Shown here one piece after another: positions 50,100-62,399 of a stretch of 64,000 nucleotides of DNA. How positions within the stretch are numbered: position 1 is the stretch's first letter; every line of letters begins with the position of its first letter. Below the pieces are notes generated by a model. The model did no database searches. It was given only the letters and a program-made list of their open reading frames with translations, and was not told the origin of the DNA. This DNA comes from Squalus acanthias (Eukaryota): assembly GCA_030390025.1 (NCBI GenBank), contig CM059431.1, positions 110,734,001-110,798,000 of the forward strand, read 5' to 3'. Made by a program: the position numbers and the translations under genes.

Positions 50100-50993
50100 G
50101 AAAATGGCAGCAGACATGGGCAAAGCGACACGGCATGTCTGTGTGTGTGTAAAAGCCCATGCCAAGCCTGCTGCCTGTTATGGAGCACCAGCTTCTTCTG
50201 CAAGAAAGAAGGGAGCGTGTTGGTGGTAGCCTAATGAGATTTTTTGATGATGTGCATGTCAGTGTAGGATAGTGTTGCAGATGTGTAGAAGATGGCGCAG
50301 GAGTGAGGAGGCGAAGGAAGTGATAGTGAGGAGAGCAGCTGGTGCAGCATCTGTCAGTAGCAGCAGAAGGAGGTGGAGTGAAGTGGGCTGCAATGATTGG
50401 AGGAGAGTGGTGGGAAGCAGGGGAGGGAAGGATTATGAGTGATGGGGATATAGGTAATGTAGGGCTAAGCAGTGAGTAATGAGAGATATGGGTTAGGAGA
50501 CTTACCTTAATAGCCCTTGTGAGGTCATTGAATTTTTTTGCATTGTAGCCAGCTCCTTCTGGCACTGACCTGTTTTGCCACCTTTTGCTCTTGTTGGCGG
50601 TAAGCTAGCCGGGATACCTTCTTTCCTTTGGGTGGAAAGATGAGGTCCCTCCTCTTGCCGATCTCCTCCAACAGCACCTCCAAAGCTGCATCTGAAAAGC
50701 AGGGAGACCTTCCAACCTTGCTGCTGTCTGCTATTTCAGTGGTGTTCAGATTGCACCCACCGTGCACCTCCCCTTCAAGAGACACTTGCTGCCTTTAACT
50801 GATGCCAGTGACGTCTGGTTTCCCGCCCCCTCCCCACAACAGGTGAGTTGCCGATGAAGAGCGCCAGGAGTGTTGGCACCTCTCTTATTTCATTCTAAAT
50901 GGGGAAGGGGAGCAATTTAGCCCGGTCCCCGAGCCCACATGAACAGGCGCGTGATTGATCATTCCGCCCGGATTTTCGGGTGATATAGGCCCC
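50100..50993 (-). mobile_element. Harbinger fragment from a different family, with a two-exon Myb/SANT pseudogene
   Basis: Exon 1 (about 50785-50506): PCFSDAALEVLLEEIGKRRDLIFP...RRSWLQCKK / FNDLTRAIK, with a 1-nt frameshift in an A run. GTAAGT...CTTGCAG intron at 50505-50198. Exon 2 begins KKLVLHNRQQ. Left boundary is uncertain. Confidence 0.75.
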
Positions 50994-51578
50994 AGCGGTT
51001 TGGCTGCTCCTCTATTAATATAAATGCTTTCTACATGTTCCAATCAGAAAAATACTATCAAAATAGTCCTCCCAAAAATAAGCCTCAGTTCCTTTAGCAG
51101 CTCCCGTACAGGTGGAACTTCCCTTTACACCCACTACTGAGCATGCTGAGCAATGCCATAAGAAAGAACAGGAAGTCGCACAATGACTCCTTTCAACTTC
51201 ATTTACATAACATACTGTGCTAGAATTTTTTGCCAACTGAAAAACCCACCCTTATTTTCTTGGTTCATTCATTTTCATATAAGGGATTACCTACTTTGTG
51301 ATTTTAAAACAAATCCATGCATAGATACCTAGGATTAAGTGCTTTTAGAATGTACTACCTTCACCCACCTGTTTCGATTTGAGTCCTAATAGCACTATTC
51401 AGCTGTGTGACATCTTTTCCACATCCCAGCTAAGATCTAAGGAGTAATGCATAATTCAGCAGCTGCGCGCACTCTCCGCACACATAGCAAAAAAAAATTG
51501 CCAAATATTTTTAATCAGGCGGTGCAAAAAGGCAACCAGCCCGTTGATTTCTTTTTTAGACCTGCACTTACTTTCTGA

Positions 51579-52301
51579 GGCCGAGAGTTTCCGCTAGGTT
51601 GTCTGCCTGGAATCCGCCAAACCAGCGCAAAAGATCGAGGCATTTTGAGCGCAGGTTACGTCGAGTGTAAATCGAGTTTCGGCAGTTTTAACGCTGGTTT
51701 AATAAACATCGCGCTGGAAGCCCGGCTCCGCCCACAAAACTGGCCACGTCCATAGATCGAATTAACGAGGATGGCGAGTTCCTGCCGATTTGCACCGTTT
51801 GCGGTCCTTCGTGGAGGCTCTTCAAATTAAGCTGTTTTTATTAGGCGTAAAGGCACTATCAGGCACATTTTAAAACTTTTTAAATATTAAAACATATTTA
51901 ATTTACTAAGAACCTGACTACTGTACACCAATATAACAGTAAATGGTTCTGTATAGTTTTTTTTAAGTAATTTTCAACGATTTAAAATCACGTTACTCAC
52001 AGGTGGTGATTAAAAATGCTTATTTTTGTGATAAATCAATTTTTGGCTGTATTAATCAAACTGCGCCAGGTTACCTACCGCTCTTAAATACATCAAGGAA
52101 TATTTATTACTGCAAGAAAAAATAAATAAACAATTTATTCCATTACACTGCCCGATTGCATGGAAGATTTTACGTTTGTGATTATGCAAATGAGTTTGGG
52201 CGGAAATATGAACCATAACTTCACCTCGGAAAACCAGCGCAATTTTTAAGCGCAATTTGCACCCAGATTGCCGATTGTGCCGAAAGCAGAAACTCCACCC
52301 C
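51579..52301. mobile_element. Harbinger-type MITE
   Basis: Imperfect TIR ggccgagagtttccgc / gcagaaactccacccc. TSD TGA at 51576-51578 and 52302-52304. Homologue of about 9900-11010. Confidence 0.8.
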
Positions 52302-52361
52302 TGAGTGTTTAATACGGGGCTGTCTACTGATGGAATAGTTGGATGACTTGCACTAAAGCTT

Positions 52362-53200
52362 GGGGGGTGATTTTGCCAATGGGGGCGCGATGGAGGCGGG
52401 ACTGCTGCTTGGCGGGTCAATGTCCCGCCTCCATCGATTTGTGGCCAACCCACGCTATTTTCCCTTGATTGACCTTGTTAAGCCCGCCCAGCGGGCTTAG
52501 CAGGCCAATTAAGAGAAAGCCGGTTGCAGAGAATGTCAGCGTATGACGTTTCATCTGTCAAAAATTTTGAATTGTCATCGTTTGACAGCTCTGTGAAGCT
52601 GTCAAACAATGACATTCTCTGTAGTTTGATGAGTTTTTGAATTCAAGACCTCATCAAACCTCTTTCTTTTGCAGAAATTAGATGGATGTTGTATTGGAGA
52701 ATGCAACGGCCATCTGTCATCTCTGCCGCGGAGGTGCGAGACTCGTCGCATACCCACCGATTGAAGCCTGCAGGAAGAAACAAAGGTAAGTACACTTTTT
52801 CTAACACTTTCCACTTACCTCAGATACTCACCTCTCCACACTTGCACCCATCACTTACCTTCACAGCGCACTTTTGGACCCCTCCGACCCCCGCAGACCC
52901 ACTGCTCACCTCGGTGACCCTGGCGGGGTTTGGAGCCTTCGGGAAGCCCGCACTTGTGTGGGCAAACTGGGGATAATCCTCTTATCTGCCTGTTAACTAC
53001 CTGTTAACAGGCAGTTAAGTGGCTGTAATCCCTTCCCGCCTCCAAGGAGACGGGACTCGGCGCGGGACGGCTACCTGCCTCCTGGCAAGATGGCACGGAG
53101 GCGGGTTGGGGGCGGGTTGGGCACCCGCCCCCAAATTCTGCCATTTTCCCGGCAGTCCCACCTCCATACCCGCCTCCCCAGGGCTGGCAAGATCGTGCCC
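52362..53200. mobile_element. Harbinger-type MITE
   Basis: Ends gggggtgattttgcca / tggcaagatcgtgccc. Homologous to inverted 60467-61310 and to 1-123. Confidence 0.8.
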
Positions 53201-54086
53201 CACGATCATCTCTTTTCTCCACCTTGGACCACTGGGGATTTCCAAGGGCAGGAAGCTCCAGGAATCAAATCCTGAGTGAATTGATAAGTCATTCTAACTT
53301 GGGCAGGTTGCAAAATAGATGAGATCTCCCACGACATACCTGCCTAATGGAGGTGTGTGATGAGAGACAATAGTTTCTCTAACTTTGCAAGGCACCTTCT
53401 TGGCTGGCGTCCAGATGATTGAGCAACTGAGTCAAACCACTGTAGGTGTTGACAAAACCATCCTCCTGTAGACTTATGAACATCTTGGCTTGCCAGCTGA
53501 AAGAATAGTTCCTGAGTTTTTGACAACTTTGCTCTTCATACCAGATGAGATATGTGAACAAAGAATCTGAAGTACTTATCTATTTGGTTGTGACTAATTC
53601 TGCTTCATTTTCATTCAATACTTAACCATCTTTTGGGCCCCTCATTCTCACCAAAGCTGTCATCCTTCATAACTACATTTAGATAGCATGAAAATGGTTT
53701 GAATAGCCACAACAGGTGCAAAGTCACTGCTCATACTGAAGGATTTAGGGTGGGAGAAGTCATATCTTCAAACTGGTTACTATCAGCTGGAGGAGAGCAC
53801 CAAAAATGTTAGAAATGGACAAAAAGGGTTGAAACATTTTTTAAAGAAAATCATAGCATTCAGTGGAACAGGTTTTCCAGCAGTCTTTTATTTGAATTGT
53901 GGGGATTTGAGGTTAAATAAAGAAATGTGATGTTTCAGCATCAAACCTTGAAAAGACTGTAGAGATGGTAATTCCATTGGTATTACTCGCTACCACGTTA
54001 TTTAAAAAAAAAATATGGCTTTAAGTTATACTTCTTCAAAACTATATACAGTGGTCTATTTTTTCACAAGCACTTAAGAGGAAGAC

Positions 54087-54491
54087 CATGGAATCATACA
54101 GCACAGAAGGAGGCCATTCGGCCCATCCTGCCTGTGCCAGCTCTCTGAAAGAGCTAGCCAATTAGTCCCGCTCCCCCTGCTCTTTCCCCATAGCCCTGCA
54201 AATTTTTTTCCTTTTCAAGTATTTATCCAATTCTCTTTTGAATGCTACTATTGAATCTGCTTCCACCACCCTTTCGGGCAGTGCATTCCAGATCACAATA
54301 ACTCACTGAGTAAAAATAATTCTCCTCATCTCCCCTCTGGTTCTTTTGCCAATTACCTTAAATCTTTGTCCTTTGGCTACTAACCTTCCTGCCAGTAGAA
54401 CCATTTCTCCTTATTTACCCTATCAAAACCCTTCAGAATTTTGAACACCTCTGTTAAATCTCCCTTTAACCTTCTCTGCTCTCAAGGAGAA
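54087..54491 (-). mobile_element. CR1 LINE 3' end
   Basis: Reverse complement of about 61500-61915. Confidence 0.9.
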
Positions 54492-54869
54492 ATGCAGAGC
54501 TCCATTATTCCATCTTTTAAGGAAACCATCACGCTTTAGAAATTACTCCTATGCGTGGAGCAACACTGCGCTATAATGATTTCATCCTGTAGACTAAAAC
54601 AAGGTATCAGGAGTAAATTGAGTCAAAAATAAGCCATTTGGGAATATAGGATTTCACCCATGTTAACATGTATTTCTGTCACTGTCTAATCCAGCTCCTT
54701 TTGCCACCATGTTTGTCCAAGAAGATAAATAGTGGAATGTACAAGTTGTTGTTGTTGTTGTTGGTGTGAAAAATAATGGGATCAAGTATAAAAGGCACAT
54801 AAATCTTTCTAGTTTTATCATGACTTACCTTCAGCCGTTTGTGCTCCTCTGCTCTTGTCACTAACTTTA

Positions 54870-54958
54870 GAAACATAGAAACATAGAAATATAGGAGCAG
54901 GAGTAGGCCATTCGGCCCTTCGAGCCTGCTCCGCCATTCAATATGATCATGGCTGATC
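54870..54958 (-). mobile_element. CR1 extreme 3' tail with (ATAGAAAC)n-like repeats
   Basis: agaaacatagaaacatagaaa...ggagtaggccattcggccc...ccattcaatatgatcatggctgatc. Confidence 0.85.
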
Positions 54959-55533
54959 ACTGACTACCTCTGTGTGAGAAGCTAAGTAGCTGTCTATCCA
55001 CCTGCCCCAGGCTTAGTTGCTTTTGAGTTCTACGATCATCTCCAGCGGACTTGGAGAACTGCTTGGTAGGTTTTTTGTTGGCTCGCCCTTTTTAAGTTAC
55101 TGCAATGCTTAGGGCACTTCCACTCCCTCTTTGCTTCTGACATGCTGTTTTTGTTTTTTTGCCAATGTCCTCCCAAGAGCAACATGACCCTTTGCACAGA
55201 GGAGGCAGTACTTGCCGTTAGAAACAAAAAAATTATCTTGAGGTTTGAAGGTTTCCTTTATTAGGAAGTACACTTACTTTTCAGAAAATTGTTCCTTCCT
55301 TAGGCTATCCTTCCTTTCAATTCTTTATCTGATATTTTTTGTATTTTTATATGTATTAGCATGTCCTTATACTAGAATTTGTTTGTGCTTTATTTTTGGC
55401 TGGTTTGAATTAAACTCTGCATATGTAATTTTTTTCTGAGCAGACAGACTATTGCCATTTTCTACACGCAGTATTGAACAATTTTGAACACAGGTTAGTG
55501 CCTGCACACACTAAAAAGGAGAATAGAGATATA

Positions 55534-56183
55534 GGGGGTAGAAATTAGTCTGGGCCCTTTTTTCAGGCCCAGACTCGGCGCATTGCATGATCAGCAGTGC
55601 CCGAACAGAGAGGCCTGAGGCCCTCCCAAAATTGGGCCTCGGGCCTTATCTACATCTTCAGGGGGAGCTGCCAGCAGCTGTTGGGCCTCCACAGGCAGCT
55701 CACCCCACAAGAAAAATGAAGTTGCTGCTGCTGGTAGTGGCCCTTAGGTAAGTTCCGGGAGGGAGAATTGGATCTGCAAAACTGTGGAGTCGGGGGTGGG
55801 GTGGGGGGAAAGGGGGGAGTACACCTAATCCTCCTGGCTCCACAGAAAGGTTCTTGTTTAAATTTTCCAAATAAAAAAACTTATTTGTTTGGCAACCACA
55901 GGGGCTGCTGAAGAGTCCTGAGCTCGACTCCTGCCCCGCTCATTGGTAACTCATTTTGTAGAGGGCTCCTTCAGTGGGCGTTGGGCCTCTCATTAACATA
56001 CTTAAGGGGCCTAATGCCAGTTTTAGGCGTCTGCCAGGGATGCGTAAAAAATGGTCCCCATGAATTTAGCAGTGGGAGTAATGTCTGCATGGATTGGGCA
56101 CAGGCCTTCCCACTGCTAAACTGGTAGGCTTTGCGCCCGTTTACAACTGAAAAATGGGCACAATGGATACCAATTTTTACCCC
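55534..56183. mobile_element. Harbinger-type MITE
   Basis: TIR ggggtagaaatt / aatttttacccc. TSD ATA at 55531-55533 and 56184-56186. Confidence 0.8.
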
Positions 56184-56986
56184 ATATTGGGCATAAACAT
56201 TATTACTTGTGAGTTTGGAAACTTTGTGTTGTAAGCGTGCTACGGATATGTGAGGAGCAATGGGTATGTTTGATGTTGACAACTATTTGGTTTTAACATT
56301 TATTTTTAGCCTGTTCTCATTCTTGTGTTGTTGGCTAAGAATATCTCATCTCTTTGTTGGTAGTAGTAATTATAAAAGCACTAACTCAAAAAGCATGGCA
56401 CCGAAACAATATAAATGAGTGATCTCATTGCTTAGATGCTCTGCTTTTTGAGTTACTGTTTATTAGTCCCTTATGGTTCATAAAGGCAAACTGATAGTTG
56501 AGAAGTAATTCAGTATGATGGTCACAGAGGATTATTAAAGCTAGTTGTAGTGTAATTACTGCAGGTTGACAGAGAAATGATCTGTAGTTAATTCTAGTGA
56601 AATTGTATGTCCAGCATATATCATACAAATATTGACTACACTAGAGATCTATGGAGGTAGGTTGCTGAAGTGACTAAAAATGTGTTGTAATGCCTAAAGT
56701 TGAGGGCTGCAGATATTATTGTACATTGACAATGAATTCTAACTGTTACATCAATACTTTATCATAGCCTGAAAATTGCGGACAATATTTGATTCATTTT
56801 ATCCTTGAACTGACAATTATTAAAGCATCTTCTTAAAAAAGATCAAAATATTGTACGTCTAGCATGCGCTTCATATTTACATTTGGGTATAAACAAATAT
56901 ATTAGCTGTGTTATCCTGTAAAATCTAGTCCATGACTCTCATTTTAAGATTAAGTAGATAGCGCAGAAAACAACTGGTTGAAATGA

Positions 56987-57085
56987 GAAAGAAAGACTTG
57001 CATTTATATAGCTCAGGGTGTCCCAAAGCTCTTTACAGCCAATGAAGTACTTTTTGAAGTGTAGTCACTATTACAATGTAAGAAA
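56987..57085 (-). mobile_element. Deu-SINE 3' tail only
   Basis: gaaagaaagacttgcatttatatag...cagccaatgaagtacttttt. Confidence 0.8.
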
Positions 57086-58107
57086 TGTTGGATGAATTTC
57101 CTTATCTGAATAAAAAGTTACTTTTACACCTACAAAATAATTGTCAGCCAATCAGAAATATCCTCCGCAGAATATTATAATTAGAATTTTTCCATTAAAC
57201 GGAGGAGAATGATCAGTGAGTACCATCACCAATTTCCACGGTTTGACCCTGAACTACAAATGCTCAGACATCAACTCCACACTCACTTGCACCAAAATAA
57301 CAGTGTCCTTTAACACACTCTTTCAGAAGATCTACTTGTGGCCAAATAGATCCTGTGTATTGAAAGTCCTTCATTTTTTGTTGCTATCACCTAATAGTAT
57401 CGCCAACCTCCCTACTTTCTATGCTAAATACATTCCCATTTAAAAACATTAAAAAATATTTCAAAAAACTTAATAGTAACAAATTTCAAGCTGAAACAAT
57501 GCTGGTGAAGATGATGTTTTGAAAGTTAATTCTAATTCTTGGAAATGGTTTGAAGTTTAAAAAGAGACACTGACATTAAGCCTCACTCTTTAATATGTTT
57601 GACTGTCACGGAAACATCCAAGGAAGCTCCTGAAGGATAGGTAAACAGATTATTCAAACATGCCCCTGCAAGTCTATGTCGAGTGTTCTCTTGTGTATCC
57701 CATAGTAGAATACACTCTTTTGAACAATAGAACAGCATCAGGAATCCTGAATCAGGTCAGACATTTGTCTTCGGGGCATCTGTCATAACTAGGACTAGGA
57801 TCTTTCATATGAATCTCTTCTCATCTGTATCTGTCTTGAATATACTTGGCCATGTCTGCAATAAATCCTTTCTGTGTTAGACACAGAATGATCTCCCTAG
57901 AGTATGTGTAGCTTCAAGTTCTTTGTTACTGACTCAAAGCACGCTCTTATACTGTGCGTAGTGTTCAAAACAAGGTGGCTGAAGCATGGCCCATGCGTCA
58001 AGCTCTGGTAATCTGGCCTGTGAAGCATTGCTTTTCAGCCTATTGAAGTATGGCCAATAACCAGTCAGGCTAATGTATAAGTGGTCACATAGGTTATCAC
58101 ACACGGA

Positions 58108-58509
58108 GGTACAGTAGCACAGTGGCTATGTTACTGGACTAGTAATCCTAGGCCTATATTAATGAACTGCTGACATGAGTTCAAATCCCAACATGGCAGC
58201 TGGGGAATTTAAACTCAGTTAATTAAATAAATCTGGGATTCAAAAGCTAGTATCAATAATAATGACTATGAAACTACTGGATTGTCATAAATGTTCTTTA
58301 GGAAAGGAAATATGGCATCCTTACCTGGTCTGGCCTATATATGACTCCAGACCCACTCAATGTGGTTGACTCTTAACTGCCCTCTGAAATGGCCACTCAG
58401 TTGTATTTAAGAAGATGGCTCATCACCACTTTCTCGAGGGGTTAGGGATGGGCAATAAATGCTGGCCTTGCCGGCGACGTCCACATCCTGTGAATTAATT
58501 AAAAAAAAA
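58108..58509 (+). mobile_element. tRNA-derived SINE, second family, full length
   Basis: A box TAGCACAGTGG and B box GAGTTCAAATCC. Homologous to inverted 34178-34610. Confidence 0.8.
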
Positions 58510-58891
58510 CTGAACCTTTGTGTGATCAGTCAATCGTGCACTTTCTCTCCAATGGTACTTATTGCACAGGGAACAATAGTAACATTGGGAAATGGATGCC
58601 AAAGGTCGGAAGTGGGCTCTTTGATTCCAGGGAGCTGTGAACAGTAACCATGCACTGGGCTTGCTCAAGGGCCTGGCATAGTCACATAGGGGTGAATTTC
58701 CGTGGGGTTTCTCACGACAGTCCTCCATATCTTCGACGGGTGAACAGCCGAAACTCTGGAGAAATGGCACAAACACTATTCTGTGCCCAAAAGCAGGACT
58801 AAACAAAATTTTAGTCCAAGAAATCTTAGGCAATTGAAATAAATTTGTTCTTTTATTTCTGATCACCAGCACTGTCTGTTTTGCACACTTC

Positions 58892-60345
58892 AGGCTGAAT
58901 TTTGCCAGCGCTCAGAGGGCGGGTTTGGAGGCGGGTCCGCTGTCAAAATCAAAAAGATTGACAGCGGGCCGGTATCCCGCTCTGAACCCGCCTCCTTGTC
59001 AGTTTCCCAAGTGCCGGCTCTGCCTGCGCTTTGCAGACACGGCACTAAGTGGCGGGTCATTCAATTGTGCTAGTTAGGAGGGTGTTTAAAGTAATTAAAC
59101 CCCCATTTTCCCAGTTCCAAAGCATTTTCCCAAGTTTTTCACGAGGTTCCTGTTGCTCGGGGATCAGGCCAGGTAAGTATGTCGTGTTCTGAATAACTCT
59201 CCATTTCTTTCACTAGCTGCAAAAGTGGTTTAAAACCTGCCATTTCACAGCTGGTCACTTTCCAATCTCAGAAACTTCAGCCTTCAGTATTTAGAACCCA
59301 CTTTTGAGCTTTATGCACTTTTGAAGTATTTGGAGTAATCTCTCTATCCACTGTCACCTCCTTGGAACAACCTCTCTCACCATTGACAGATAACTTCTGT
59401 CATCTCAACCTCACCTGCCATCTGTTCCATCAGCATCGGTGCCCTTGAAAAAATCTCACCTTGATCCTCAGAATTCCACCACGATCAGCCCCAACACCAG
59501 CATCACCGGGCACACCAGCAGCACCAATATCCACACCAACCTTCTCCCCAATCAACTGATGCTGCTCTGGACACAGGGCATCATCACCCGTGCACATTGC
59601 TGCCCGGGATGCCAGCGATGGCCTCATCATGTCCAGATTAGCTTCATTTAACACTGAACAACCTGGCTGCCACATGATGCACCAGGTTAGCACCACCTCA
59701 CACCAGCACCATAAAGCATCCCTACAATGTCCAAGCCATTCCTTTCACACACATCACCATTGTGGGGGGGGAAGGTGGGGACGATATGTCTCACCATTCA
59801 CTGGAACTCACTAAGACACTTTCAAAGGTGCACACAAATCTGTCCAAGAACGCAAAGTGTTGAAAATAAAGATTTCAATGTTTGACAGCACATTACCAGA
59901 AACTTCACATGAACATTGGCTAAACCACCCAAGTGCCTACCCTTGTCTGTTGTTAGTTGGTATGCTTGCAGTAGGATGAGGGTGAGTGTGAGGGGTGGCT
60001 ACTGAGATGGGGAAATGATAATGTAGATAGAGAGGGATGGGTGGAGGTGCAAGGTAAGTTGGTGTGAATAAAGATGTGCAGGAGTAGGGTAGGGAAGGCA
60101 GAGTGATGGGGATGTGATGAGTGGCACAGCAGGATGAGGTTGAGTGTGACTTTACAGTAACATTTCATGATCTACTGAGATCATTGAAAGGTTTGCATCA
60201 CTGCAGCCAGTGACCCCTGACGACATCCCAGCTTGTGCCCTCCTGTGCAATGAGCAACCAGGCTGCGTTGGTGTCCTGGGGAGGTGTCTTCCGCCCATGG
60301 GAAGGGAAGAGGACCTCCCTGCGTGTTGTGACTCCCTCAATAAGC
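58892..60345. mobile_element. Internally deleted Harbinger (inverted sibling of 47587-49400), truncated within the Myb exon
   Basis: About 59370-60345 is the reverse complement of about 47890-48935. Terminus ggctgaattttgcc. Confidence 0.8.
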
Positions 60346-60392
60346 AGGGAGGTCCTCTTCCCTTCCCCTGGGGGTGCTTGTACAGAAAGCGT

Positions 60393-61915
60393 TGAAGGTG
60401 GCAGGACAGGTTAACAAATCAGTTAAAAATGCATATGGGATCCTGGACTTTATAAATAGAGGCACAGGGCTGGATTTTCATTGACCCATGGAGGCGGGTT
60501 TGGAGGCGTGTTGGGGGTTAAAGTTGCAGATTCGGGGGTCCCGAACCCATCCCGCCCCCAACCCGCCTCCATGCCAGTTTCGCTTGAGGCGGGTACCCAA
60601 CCTGTGCTGTGACCCGCCTCCCCGAGGCGGGAAGGGGATTAGTGCCAATAAACTGCCTGTTAACAGGTAGTTAACAGGCAGTTTTTTGCCTAATCCCTAT
60701 TTTAAAAGCTGAAATGTGGGCTTCCCGACAGGTCCCAACCACGCCAAGTTAGCGAGGTGGACCGTGGGTCTGCAGGGGTTGGAGGGGTCGATATGTCCGG
60801 TGGGCAGGTGAGTGATGAGTGCATGCGTGCAGAAGTAAGTGTGTAGGTAAGTGTAAAGTGTGGGAAAAAGTTTTACTTACCTTAACTTCCTCCTGCAGGT
60901 GTCAGCCCTTCAGGTCTCGGGAGTCAGAAATCTCACTGGCACAGAAAACACAATGGCCGTGGTGCTGTCAAAAACTGCAGCCTTCTGCTTTCTGTGCTGG
61001 AATGATTTCTAACTCAGCCTGAGAGGAAGGACTCAAGTTAGAAGACAGATTGTCAGTGTTTCACAGCTTCACAGAGCTGTCAAACGCTGATATTTCATCT
61101 GTCAAAAGCTCTTGACAGATGAAATGTCAATCTGTGATGTCACCTGTTGCCGGGTGGCCCTTAATTGGCCTGCTGAGCTCGCTGGGCGGGCTCAACAAGG
61201 TCAATCAAGTGAAAATGCAGTGGGTTGGCCACAAGTCGATGGAGGCGGGACTACAACCCAAAAAGTGGGAGTCCCGCCTCCATCACGTCCCCAGTATTAA
61301 AATCCAGCCCATAGAGTACAAAAGCCAGGAAGTTATGCTAAGCCTGTTTAAAACACTAGTTCGACCCCAGCTGGAGTATTGTGTCCAATTCTGGGCACCA
61401 CACTTTAGGAAGGACGTGAAGGCTTTGGAGAGGGTAAAGAAGAGATTTACTAGAATGGTTCCAGGATTGAGGGATTACAGTGGATAGACTGAAGAAGTTG
61501 TGATTGTTCTCCTTAGAGCAGAGAAGGCTAAGCAGAGATTTGATAGAGGTGTTTGAAACCATGAAAGGTTTAGATAGAGTAAATAAAGAGAAGCTGTTTC
61601 CAATGGTTGAAGGGTCGCTAGCCAGAGGGCACAGATTTAAGATGATTGGCAAAAGAACCCAAGGCGACATGAGCAAAAACTTTTTTACGCAGCAAGTGAC
61701 TAGGATTTGGAATGCACTGCCTGATAGGACGGTGGAAACAGATTCAATAGTAGCTTTCAATAGGGATTGGATAAATACTTGAAGGAGAAAAAAATTGCAG
61801 GGATATGGGGAAAGAGCCGGGGAGTGGGATTAACTGGATTGCTCTTCGAAAGAGCCGCCGCAGACTGGATGGGCCGAATGGCCTCCTTCTGTGCTGTACT
61901 ACTCTATGATTCTAT
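60393..61915 (+). mobile_element. CR1 LINE 3' end interrupted by a MITE
   Basis: KVAGQVNKSVKNAYGILDFINRG | IEYKSQEVMLSLFKTLVRPQLEYCVQFWAP reads through once 60467-61310 and one TSD copy are removed. Confidence 0.92.
60467..61310. mobile_element. Harbinger-type MITE nested in CR1
   Basis: Perfect TIR GGGCTGGATTTT/AAAATCCAGCCC, the same as 189-851. Flanks ACA and ATA. Confidence 0.88.
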
Positions 61916-62399
61916 AAGATGTAGCAGAACTGATATACAATTCTGAGATCTTTGTTCCTGACAATTCTGAACACTGTCCTGTTTATACGAGGGTTCGTTT
62001 TTTAAACTGTCAAGTGAAGGGAAAAGACGGTCATTAATTTTATTGACTGCCCCTACACTCCTGGAGCTAGAATGAGCTCCTGTGCACTAGCTTCCTCTGC
62101 TTGTCTTGCATACAAGGTGTTTTCCTCCTTTTGAAAGCAGACTTCTTCAAAAGGTCCTCATTTGGCAAGCAAAGCAGCTATGATAGTTAACTCTGATTGT
62201 CAGCGGTTAGGAATTGTCAAGTCAGCGTTAAAAATCTTTTTCCCATCCATTTCTTTTCACAATTTTCTTCTTCTTCTCTTCTGAAGTTCTGGACTCTTTG
62301 TTGGGGTACAGTTTTACAGGTTCCGGTTACCCTGGAAAATCTCATTCAAATAGACAGTATTCATGTTTAAGGAACACACATCTTTCTCTAGTTTCTCTC

